From Paragordius varius (Eukaryota; Animalia; Nematomorpha): DNA of 64,000 nucleotides. This document shows, one piece after another, positions 52,250 to 64,000 of the stretch. The notes beneath the pieces were generated by a model. That model saw only the letters and a program-made list of their open reading frames with translations. It made no database searches and was not told the DNA's origin. The DNA is taken from positions 12,772,001 through 12,836,000 of the forward strand of contig OZ176053.1 in NCBI GenBank assembly GCA_964247055.1, given 5' to 3'. The position numbers were made by a program, and so were the translations under genes. Position 1 is the first letter of the stretch. Every line of letters begins with the position of its first letter.

Positions 52250-53320
52250 AAATTAACTGAACCTCGAACTCTTCGTTTTTTCCAATATGGTCGCCTCTTG
52301 ATTTTTTATAGGCAGATCGAAAGGCAGTCAAACTGTTATCGTAAATCAAACACAGACGTTCCTGTTATCCAATCCAAAAGCTTACTGTTATTAATAATAG
52401 TTAAGTCTCTTTGGGACCTAAATAGTATCCCTAAAGCTATTGGTCCGTTTTTATTATAAGTTTTCTTATACCAAAGAGTTTTAAATTTTTTTGAAGCTAT
52501 TAGAATTCATACTGAACAGTTCAATTTAGCTTGCGAGCATTTTTTTTGACGCGTAATCTGTCGTATGCCTTCACTTGTTTGTGGGATATGATAGCACCAC
52601 AACCAAAATGGACCTGTCGGTTCCTGGGATTATTGGGGTTTTGGGGCTATACGGATGCAAGGAATGATTCTGGCAGGGCAAGGCTTTAAGCCTTTTTAAA
52701 TATCGAATCATAAAATCCAACACCATTTTTGTTTGTTACCGGCTAATATATTTAGTTATCCCATTAAAATGCTAACTTTAAACGAAAATTAAATAAAACC
52801 AAAAATGATCTTATTATTTGGAGTTGGACAGTCGTGGATTGTTTAATATTATTTGGGGAAGGCTTTATGCAATTTTCAGAAATAATATATCCACGGATTG
52901 TCGGAACGTAGTTTTAATCCCATTTCTAAATTGGTATTTACCTTGATTAGATTTTTCCTATGTTTTGTGTCGGTTTCGTCTCTCATTATAAAGTGTCTAA
53001 TAATACGGCGACACCTGTGCATTCGTTTAATAAATCATCCATTGAACCCGAAAGGCAATCGCTTATACTTAAAAAGCCCTATGAAATCTTTAGCAGTTGC
53101 AAATCTGGGTGTACTGAAATTTATAAAGATGCATCTTATCTAGCGTCGAGAAAGATGTGTCAAATGAAATTTTTGAGATGAGGTCGTCAAAGGTTGGTTT
53201 TATGAATTGAGAAGGTTTTATGTGTAGGTAAGTTTTAAATATTACCATTAATCTACAAACAATTTACACCATTTTAGGATCCACGGATCTAATTAAATCA
53301 AGTTTATCCTCTTTATTTTG
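52250..53320 (-). pseudogene. Decayed Ty3/Gypsy pol (RT and RNase H)
   Basis: Minus-strand DDLISKISFDTSFSTLD, GLFKYKRLPFG, GVAVLLD (YLDD-like), FGCGAIISH, KKFKTL. Confidence 0.8.
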
Positions 53321-53989
53321 TTCTCAACTCTGTTCTGCAATGATAGCAGCACCCTTTTACTTGGAAAAATTTACCCAAAATCATTAAGGCTTAAAAAATT
53401 TTAATGGGTTCACTTTTCTCGCAGTCAAGGCCCTCAGAGAACAAATTGTTAAATTTGTTAAATGTATTACATAAAGATAAGTTATTTATATTAGATGATG
53501 TGGTAATTTCAAATTAAATTTTATCCAGTCCATTTCGAATATTGCTAATAAGGCGTTGTTTTTAATATAGCATTCTACATGGTGTGTTATTTTATCTGAT
53601 TCAACCTTTAGGTTGCATTTGCCTAATATTTTAAAACATTATTATTCGCATGTATAAAAATATTATTGTTTTTAGAGGTCTGGCTGACCTAATAGGCACT
53701 ATAATTTTTAAATGAAATATCAGACCCGTATCCAAAATTATATCGATTGGTTTATTATTTTTTTTAAATTGATTTAAACCAGTGGTACTCACCAAAATAA
53801 TTTGATGGGTTAGGGTCATGAACCTTATAATAATGGCAAATATTCCATTGGTGTTTGACATATATGCACATATTTATACTAAATCAGCACAATGAATTTT
53901 TTGCGGATCGCAGTAAATCCAGCAGAAAACACGTTTTGCACCATTTAGTTTAAAAAATTAAAATATTTTTATAACAACATTCATTTTCA

Positions 53990-55610
53990 TATTAACCAAT
54001 AATTTTTGACAAATTTGGTTTTGCCTCATGACAGGCCAATCTTAATACGTCGTCCATAATTCTTGACATACTTCATTTTTGAATATGCCGTCTCACACGT
54101 GTAAGTTGAAGGAAAAACAGTTAGGATAACTTTGGTACATTTTTTGATAGTTTTTCTCTACGATTCTCCTTGAATACCTCCAAATTGGAATTTTTAAAAT
54201 GCACGAACTCTACAATGATATACGCCTGATGAAACCCGAAATGCTCAAGTTGCTAATTTGGATATATCCATATGCCATGGATTTTCAACGAGTTTTTAGT
54301 AATTTTTAACAATTCTTGAAATCTAAATTTCATCTCATTAGATAAAAATGTTAAATGATGGTCTATTATTAAATTAATCTCCGCGGTAAATACCATATTT
54401 TCTTCATGAATTGTTTTAAGTGTTGAAATATAAGGATTGTTTTGTTTATAAAATCTTTTATATATTATTAATTTTTTTCAAAAGCAAATATTAGATTAGC
54501 AAATTGTGTTATATTTTGCTCTCTTGAAGACTTGTATTAAAAATACTAAGTTTATAAGTAATTTCGCAAGGTAGGCTAATAAAACCTAACATTTACCATT
54601 ATTTTCCTCAAACACTTTCTGATATCTTTTATAAATAATAGAATTCCATGTCTTAAAACAAAAAATCTATTTAACATCTCACAGCGGTGTACAAAAGAAT
54701 ATCATCAAACTCACTGTGGATATCTTTCAGAACTGCCATGGATGTGGTTAACTATATCCACAACCGTTTTAATTACTAAATTGAGTAATTCATTTTTTAT
54801 ACGGGAAACCAAGTTTTTCTGATGAATAAAGCAGTGAAAGGATAAAATCTTTTGCAAATTATATTTGTTTTTTAAAAGAGGAATAAATCCTTTGTTCCAA
54901 TCATAGAGGGACACCATCTGTGATCGAAATCAATTTTTTTCATAGTATACCATTATTATCGAAAAAAGTGCTAATTATTTCGAGAAAATCACATCTTTTC
55001 GTGGTATTATTCATTGGTAAAAATTTTAAATATTTCTCGTTGATTATGTTGTATTTGCAAAACCTCACAAAGAGCGCACATTGAGATGTTTAACTGATAT
55101 TAGTGCCAGAATTAATAGCAATATTAAAATATTTGCAGTTTTCAGAGCCAATGTATTGTTAAAAATTTATTTAGACATATCTTGAATGCGTCGAGCACAT
55201 GTTGAATCAGAAAGTTAAAATTTTTAATTTGCCTCATGATTTGATTATTATTATGGAATTTATCAAATAAAAAGTGCAACCATTTATTAGACATTCTTTT
55301 ATTAATTAACAATCAATAAACGGTTTCATATTTTTCCTAAAATATAGCAAATTTCATACGAGGCTAATGTTACAGCTTTTTCCTGGGAGAAAGCTATGGA
55401 CATAATAGATTTTTCTTTCTGGAATAATTTAATCTTTTTATATATTTTGTTTCTTTCCTCATGATTTTCTGAAATTTAAAAATGATGGATTGTAAAATGT
55501 CTTTCAATATTGATATTTTTATAATTATGTAATCCTTACAAAGGTAACAACATTTTTATTTAAAACGACAAAGAATTTTTCTTCCCATTCTTTTTAAAAG
55601 GATCGTTTCC
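53990..55610 (-). pseudogene. Degenerate Charlie-type hAT transposase
   Basis: KEWEEKFF, NIERHF, TCARRIQDMS, SITDGVP, HCFIHQKNL, FPSTYTCETAYSKMK. Same motif order as 33191-35013. Confidence 0.82.
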
Positions 55611-55816
55611 AACGGATCATTTACGTTTTTTACTATTAGATTCATTCTTAATTTATTTTGATTATTATTTTTTCCAAAAAAATAGAAATAAAATTTGAAT
55701 TATGCTAAAAACAGGTCGAAATTTAATGATGTTGATTTGAAAAATATTTAATGGAAATGAGTAAAGCAGGGTAGCAATGAAAAGAATATGCATATGCAAG
55801 TTTGGGTGTTGCTTAA

Positions 55817-58800
55817 CACTTCGATTGGGTATCTAAATACCCCAGACCATTTTCAAATTAATTTTCCCAAAAAACTACCGAATAGAATGGCCCTAATTTA
55901 AATTTATGCTTCTATCCTTATAAAATTATATAAACTGGACAACAAATTTTAACTTTTTTTAACTGCCATTCTTGTAAATTTAAAATTAATTTCATTAAAG
56001 TACATAATTAGTATATTTGAAAAGAAAATTGGTCTAGCATGCAAGAATTTTTTTATATTAGAGTTTATCGATATTTTTTGGCCCCGATTTAACATTAAAC
56101 TCGAAATTTCGAAAATTAAAAGTTTTAGATATGAGGCCATGTACTTTATATCATTCAAAAGAGCGGAAAAACTGCATCTTTTAAATGGTATTAAGTCATT
56201 TAAATCAATCGAATATAAAAGTTATTTGGATTTAAATGGAAATTTTCAATCCTTAAATAAGTCAAGAAATTTCACAGACAAACTAATTTGAAAATCATAT
56301 AAATTTAATATAATTATTAGAGTTATATTAGTATTTAATTTATAAAAATGTTTAAAAAAGCTTTTGGTTTGCTTTTTTAATAAAAATTATTATTATCATA
56401 AATATTTTACCTAGTGGATGCTAAAATGCATAGTTATAACTATGAATTTATTACATAATGGCTATAAAAGATCAAAAATACCTTACTCTTTGATTTTATC
56501 TTTAAAATTTAGAAGTTATCAGCCTCGTAGAGAAAATAAATTAATATTGACGAAATGGTAATTTTTAAAAAACAAAAAACTTAAAAATGGCTGTTTTGAG
56601 TGACATAAAAGCAATAAAAAAAAGGTTTTAATCAAAAAAACTTTCTTGTGTTATCTTTTTTGGACATTCATCACCATTTAAACAAAATTTGAGATATTTT
56701 CATCCATTAGTTTTAAAAATATAATAATTAAAAAAAATGCTCTCGCTTCGCGCGTTTATCGCTCTTTGTGTCCAATATTAACTGTCGATGTAATACATAT
56801 TAGTATGCATTTTATAGAGTTTTTATTACTTTTTCAAATGATATATTACAAATGGGCATTACTTGTATATTTTCAAAGAAAAACATTTTTTAGTAAAATT
56901 TTGAGAGGGCGCATAATCAAAAAAATCAAATTATACAAAATTCTTCCAACGAGTTATAATTTTTATTTCAGATTTACTATTAAAATGATACTAAATATCA
57001 GAAAATGCAAAAAACTCGAGTGGCAGAAAAATTTGTTGTTCAGTGTAATTAAACCAAAATAAATAAATAAAGTTTAGTTTTGAAAAAAATCCCACGTCGA
57101 ATTGGTTGGCGCCAAAATTATTTTTGAATTTTTTCACCGGAATACCCCTTATTAGAGTTTGCACAATCCCACTTCGTTTAAAGATATCATTTAAAGTATT
57201 TCCCGTTACGAAACATATATTTTGTTGTTATGGAAGAATATTCATTTTGATCACACCAGAGATTACGAGCGATAATGTGGATAGTGACTGCTCATCTTCG
57301 GAGTTAGTAAAAATAATTATAGATTTAAATAAAATAGAAAATCTAGCTCATCCAAATCATTTTTTTGGATTAAACACTTAACTATTAAATCAAGCCATCC
57401 AGTATTAACCGTTTCTCCCGGGCAATCAATTATCCAGGTGCCACTTACAACATTTAATTTTCTCATAACCTATGAGTAAAAAATTTGATTATGATGCTCA
57501 CGCTTAATCGGAAAACTAGATTACTTTGAACATAGAACGATTTGATGCCTTTTTAGGTACATTATCTATATACAAATTTAGGTATCTTGATTGCTATGGG
57601 CTTGCTCAAATCATACATGGTCCCTTAAATCATATTTTTCGGCTTTAGAAAAGTTCGAAATAATATTAATGTGCCAAAAAGGTACATATATTTATATATA
57701 CAAGGTGCTGTTTGTGTCCAAGATCTGTTGAAAAAAATTCGTAGTATTTTGCCAAGCATGTCAATAGAAAAACAATCATTTATTGCGATCCTCTTAAATT
57801 GTTTGCATAAACTATGAAAATAATCTAAATAAATTATTTGTTAAATTTTATTATACTATATTTACTGATTCATGCTTAATCCAAATCCCTTGTGATTATC
57901 CATCGAACAATCTAAAATACTCACCAAAATTAACGGTCTCAATACTATATATTTTATCTATGGCCACAATATAATGCCGATAAATATTACATATTTGATA
58001 ACAATAACAATTGATATTAACCAATTTTGACATATTTGATTATCATAACAGGCCAATCTAACGTCATACCTTTATGTTTTTTAAAATAATTTTCATTTTA
58101 ATACGCCTTGATGCAAGTTGAAACAAAACAACGGATTGAATTGATACGTATTAAAACCACATAAAATTTGAGGAATGGTTTTAAAATGAGAAATATTGCA
58201 ACATTTTTTTAAACAATCGCAAAAAAATAATCAATAATTCATGGCCTTAAAATAGAGGTGCCCGGGCCGCGGTTTAAGTTTTACTGATCTAATAATAAAC
58301 GATTTACTTCTAGAAGGCAAAAAGCAAGTTTTAATTTATTGAAAGATGGTAGAAATAAACATACATAATTAGATACAAAGCATCAAATATACGATTATTC
58401 GGAAGAATTATTCTGGGAGATCAAGATTTGTTAAATTTTGTTGACCTGTTGACAAAACCATCTGGGTGTATATGATTCTGTTTCTATCATGATATTAATA
58501 CTATTGTATAGTTAAAACTAAAGCTTCAGAAGTTACGTGAAAGGTTTTTCAATTTAAACAAATCTCTTTACATCACTAATTTTATTGTTGTGTCTCGAGA
58601 CACAATAACTGTCAAATATCTTATATAAGGATACTCAAATATATGTCTTTATGGCTTATAAATAAAAAATTTACTTTTTTAGATGTTTTCTATCTCTTAT
58701 AGCGATACTAAACATAAATAATGGATATTTGTAAATCGATTGACTAAAGCATGAATAGACTTGAATTAAAATGTAAATTTCCTGTTATATTTTGTTAATT

Positions 58801-58937
58801 AGGGATTAATAAATATAAAATAAGAGGAAACTCTCTATCAATAGGTGTTTAGTAAATTATTTGCTTTTGAAAGGCCTGGGGTATCTAACTATCCCAATTT
58901 GAATCGAAGGAGTATAATGAATGGTTTTATCCAAGTG
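55817..58937 (+). mobile_element. Internally deleted piggyBac-like element, copy 2, with further nested inserts
   Basis: TTAA|CACTTCGAT and ATCCAAGTG|TTAA. 57090-57800 is the inverted homolog of 46250-46970. CRD-like RCCLCPRSVEK at about 57700. Confidence 0.78.
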
Positions 58938-59329
58938 TTAAATACAAAAACAACGTGGGCCAAAATTTTAAATGTAGGGAAACTTTCCTACATTTCAAAT
59001 TGGGTAAAAAATAAAAATACCAAAAGTAAACATAAAGAAATTTATGTGAATTTTAAAAATTATTCAATAAAAAAATAATCTAACTATCAATATGATCATA
59101 GGGCAATTTCTAAGCACTCTTAGGGCCGCGGTTTGAGCACCACTGATTTAGACGATGGCATCTATAACATTTTTTCTTATAGCCCGGACAACGGCCAAAA
59201 GCCTATACCGCATTTCATTCGGTTTCGTCGGTACTGGTTGGAGGTTGACGGAATATCTCTGATGGCGTTATTATTATTGTTAATTTTTTATTTGTAGATC
59301 GTGGTTAATATGGTTATTATTATTGTGAT

Positions 59330-59780
59330 TTCATCATACTTCTTGTGAGACAAGGCGATATTGACTACCGTATTTAGAGAAATAGGAACTCCATTTTAGA
59401 GAAACTACGGGAATCTAATAAAGAGTATCTCCCCTGCCTGCTCATGTAAACCGACCGGTATTAACACATCTTTGTGCTTGTCGATGTTAAACTAAAAATA
59501 TGCAATGTATGGCCATTTCTATGACTATCAACAGAAATTGTGTGAACTTTTTCCGTTCTCCCCTCTTCATTTTAATTAACTCGAAAAGTGACGGAAAATA
59601 CTTTTATATCGGCATTAACAACTCTGAAAATGGAATACCATGGATTTCTTGGGGATAAAAAATATTTTCAATTTTATTAATGTTTCCCCCCGGCCAATAA
59701 GCATTCCTTCACATTCTCGTCAGAGGTTGCGACGTACTTGACTCCGAATTTCCCTTAATAAATGTAATATAAAATTTGTG
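59330..59780 (-). pseudogene. Possible decayed Gypsy integrase fragment
   Basis: Frameshifted pieces PRNPW, FLLIV/VDSH/KWP, TSTST, GLHE and FL*NGV fall in the order expected for the integrase core. Confidence 0.4.
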
Positions 59781-60517
59781 ACATCGACATTCTGTTTAAA
59801 AGAAGATATTTTTATTTTGTTCAAAATGTGGACATTCCCACGCCATTCATAACGATAATAATTTATTAGGTAAAATAATAGAATTACAGAGAAAATAATA
59901 TACAAAAATTATATGTTTTTTGTGTAAATATCACAATTTCTTTCTAATTAGAAATTTGGTTGTATTCACAAGGATGAAGTTGCCTGCAAAACTCGTTAAG
60001 GATAACATTGTAAGAATTATTTGCTAACAAACAAGGTAATATAAATTTAGAGTTATCGTAGGAAGGTAACTGAAATCATTTGCATTCACAACCAATATAC
60101 ATATGTAGAGGTAACATGAAAATATCAATGATATGATAATTACCCTTTAACATTAATATTGCTTAAATTATAAATTCCTATTGGACGTTTTAAGAGAAAG
60201 TGTTAGGCTTTTAGAAACCGAAAAATATGATCAAAAGCAAACTGCAAAAACCCAATGCTCTAAACAGCTGAATAAAGTCTTTTTGTAATAATTTTATACA
60301 ATTATCTTAAAATATACGTGTAAAGTTTTCTACCTAATAATCCACTTATATTTAAAGTTTATACAGTTTCGCAAAATTCTGATATTTTAAGAATATCAAA
60401 AGTCAAAAATTAAAAGATAGTTTAACTAAAATTTTGTTATGTTTTTTACATTTTCCTTATAAGCATGCCTTTTTTACAAACTTTCGCAGTGAGTAGTGTT
60501 GATAACTGGTTTTTTAA

Positions 60518-61087
60518 CACTTGGATACAACATATTCATTTCAGTCCTTCGATTGAAATTGGGGTAGTTAGATACCCCAGCCGTGTTTAAAATTGAATAA
60601 TTCAAAAAATATGGAATGAATTGAAACCATGGCAAAAATTTGCACTTATATAACATTAATAAACCGAAATATAAAATTCATTCGATAATATTTGATTAAC
60701 TTATTTTTAAAAACCTCAAGGCGAAAATTTGGTCAACATGACATCTGTGCATTAGTTAAATTTAAAAATAATACAAAATAAACCACTTTTTCTGTTTCTA
60801 TCAATATTAGATGTGATTTAAATGAAAAATTGGCTTTCATTTTAGCTTAATCAAATAAACACGATATTTTGCAAAAAAATTTTAAAATCAAAATGGCGTC
60901 CAAGTAGTTTGATATGAAACTGTTTTCTCAAAACCAAATTTTATTTAGATATTTCGGTTTATTTATATAATTTTGATTAGGATAGAAGCATAAATTAAAA
61001 TTGTGACCTTTTCTTTCAGTAGTTTTTAGAAAAATTCAACATAAATATAGTCTGGGGTATTTAGATACCCCAATTCGAATCGAGGTG
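60518..61087 (-). mobile_element. piggyBac-derived MITE, copy 3 (570 bp)
   Basis: TTAA|CACTTGGATA, a spacer, then ccttcgattgaaattggggtagttagatacccc at one end; ggggtatttagataccccaattcgaatcgaggtg|TTGA at the other. Confidence 0.78.
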
Positions 61088-63339
61088 TTGATACAATATA
61101 ATTGCGCAGTGGCGCTACGGTAATTCGAATTAAAAAAATTATTATAATTTGAACCGTTATTAAAGTTAACAAATAATAATCATAGTAAAATTTAGTTACC
61201 GTAACATTATTATAAAAATGATAAAAATTTAGGTGTTTTACCATTTTAAAGGGCTATAGCCGAATTAGTGATTATCAGCTATCTGGCGGATTTAGCTTTT
61301 CCATTTTGTTTCACCATTAATTACGGATTTGGGGTTTTTTTCTAAAAGGTTATACAACGTACAATGGGCACAAAAATTATACACACCATATTATATTAAT
61401 AATATAATTACTATTTAGTGTCTTAATCGAGGTCGCCCATTTTTTGCTAAAATTTGCTTCTTACAATATCAACATTTGCATTAATTTGGCTTATGATAAA
61501 TTTGCCACATCAGTTTGCCATCTAACAAATTTTCGAAGGCGAACATTTTACAATAAGAAAAATACTTTTTTATCGTTTTTTTCATGTAAATTTACTTATA
61601 AAATATAATCTTAAGTCTTTTATCAATGATTGTTTTCCTGAAAATTTTAAAGGTTAATATTAGATCTGCTGATAATAACAAACAGTAAGAATATGCTTGT
61701 AGAAAATCACCAAAATAAACCTTTATATTTTGGGCGTAGGAATAAATTAAAAATTGATAAAATCAAACCCAGTTCATATATTTTTGAGCGAAATGTTTAC
61801 GATCCTGCCGTCTCGGCCTTGCAATTTACGTCTTTGCAAATCAGTCCCTCTGCTTTTAATTTGTTTTCTTTTAGCCAACACAGGGAATACAACTGTCCTA
61901 ATTATCGCAATAAATTCCGTCCAAATATAATAAAGTCACCAAAGCCTACGCACTCATCATTTAATTATCCCAAGGCAATTTTTACTTAAATCCATTGAAT
62001 GACATGTACAAAATTTGGTTTTTAATTAAGTGTACTATATATATTTTCCATTATGCTATCCTATTGCTTGAGTAAGCGTCAGATGAATAAAAGCTTTTTT
62101 TATATATTCCTTTTGAGAATTATGTAAAAAGGGATGAAATAATTAATATACCTAATTGAAATGACAAAAATCCCAACCGTTCTTTTACTACTAAAAGCCC
62201 TGTTGTAAACTAATAAAGTATATTAAGTGAAAAAATTAGTTTTTATAATTTATTTATTCTTATAGATAAAATAAAAAATAGTTATGTTAATAAAATTTGA
62301 ATTTATAAGCGTGTATTCTTGGTTTTATATTAGATGTTAATTTAATTTGAATTGTTTATATGTAATATTAAACCGTTGTACTTTTTATCCACAATTTAAA
62401 TTTAATTAACTGATAAATAAATAATATCGTACATGATGTAATAGACATGTAAATTAAATAATTTTTTAGCCGTTTAACAACCAAAATGATATGAACTCTC
62501 TTTATACTTTTAAAGCCGTATATTTTCTTAACATGCAAATTAGTTTGGTTTATAAATAACACGCTATTCTTTACGTGACTAAATTTTGAACATTTATTTT
62601 TCTTCGCTTTATATTTTTTGCCTAATTTGAATAGTTGTTTTTTTATATTTTTACAGTTTTAATAATGATATCACTTATTAAATTTCTACACCTAACTTTT
62701 TTTCAAATTCTTGGGCCTATTTGGTAATTTTTAAGCATACTATTTAAAATATAGTATTTTTATTACAAGCATATTTTTTTTAATATTAATTTAATATTGT
62801 GAAATTTCCCAATTTAAATTAAACATTACCTTAAACAAAAATAATATTGTTTGTAATCTAAATGAATTTCGCTAAAACGTAAATTGGCTAAAATAATTTC
62901 ATGATTTACTACTGACATTTTGTTTAAATATAATATGAATAAGGTGTTATGACTTTTCGGCCATTTTGCAAAACCTAAGAACCTGGTGGAAGATTTTGAA
63001 GGATGGATTTAATATTTTAAAATAATTTCGAATGTATGTTAGGACAACATACTTAGCTTTTAAAGGACAATAAAATTGCAATATTCATCAAGTTTCTAAG
63101 TATTGAATATATTTATGGTATTTTATTATTAAGGGATGTCTGATAGCTATTCTAAAAAAGGCGAATATTTTTTTACTGATCAAATCTTTTAAATTAAATA
63201 TATTATTTGATATAATATTTTAACAAAGTTTATATAATAAATTGATCTTTGAAATCAATTTCTATACATATAATTTACATATTTTCAAAATGTACAATTT
63301 ATCGAATTTTGATTCAAAAACCAAGCGCTAATCTATACA

Positions 63340-64000
63340 CAAATATTAATTTTGCTGTAGATTCGTAATATGACATTCGAAAGAGTAATAAAAAATCTAT
63401 AAAATGCATACTTTATATTCCATCGTTAGTTAATATTTGACATAGGAAGCGACAAACTCGCGATAGCAGAGCTTTTTTCTTAATATATTTTTAAAACTAA
63501 TGGATGAAATAGGTCAAACTTTGTATAGATGGCAATGAATGTCTTTAAAAGATAACACAAGCATGTCATTTTAAATACTCATTTTATGACACAGTTGAAC
63601 AAAAATATATTCAGTAAAAATGAGATTTATTCGAAATTGATTTTTAATTAATAACCAAAAAACTTATATTAAAGACTCAGGTCAATGAATGAACTATCTA
63701 AAAATATAATCAAAATTATTATTAAAATTTACATCGTGAGATTCACCTTTTAAATTAAAACTTTCCAAATATTTCTTATCTATTAAATTCTCAATACCGA
63801 ATTTATTATATACACTAAATAATTTTATGTAAAATTAAAAATTTTATGTTATTGAATAAAACTACAAATATTTAGCATCAAACAATTATTATTGCAAAAA
63901 AATTTTGTTGAATAAAATTTCTAGTTGCATATCCATTTAGTTATAAAATTTTTTTTAAAAAAAAATTATATACAAAAAATACCTGGAGTAAATTGAATAA
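63340..64000 (+). repeat. Dispersed repeat family, copy 3 (runs off the window edge)
   Basis: Collinear with 3520-4150. Confidence 0.8.

Larger units (their letters stand above)
53780..59145 (-). mobile_element. Old Charlie-type hAT element split by a nested piggyBac
   Basis: TIR CAGTGGTACTCA / TGAGCACCACTG (1 mismatch), TSD ATTTAAAC / ATTTAGAC (1 mismatch). About 2.2 kb once the insert is removed. Confidence 0.72.

Overview
Very AT-rich (roughly three-quarters A+T by eye) eukaryotic, probably invertebrate, genomic DNA. Most of it is transposon debris: hAT elements (Charlie/Buster and Blackjack types, with TIRs and 8-bp TSDs), a non-autonomous piggyBac family, a non-autonomous Helitron family, long-TIR foldback elements and MITEs, and decayed RTE, R2-like, Penelope and Gypsy retroelements. 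None of the listed ORFs is a convincing intact host gene, and I saw no rRNA, tRNA or CRISPR. The main hidden signal is a spliced gene on the + strand (core about 35.6-42.1 kb) that the ORF track cannot show. It contains tandemly duplicated, frame-symmetric phase-1 micro-exons of 30-33 nt that alternate between two types (DxSLNWLDLEx and DxPIxKxxKTP). These are followed by three phase-compatible small exons encoding a basic KKKGRPRGP segment and a stop. The 5' end of this gene is uncertain. All calls come from manual reading and translation; no database searches were run, and the boundaries of decayed elements are approximate.
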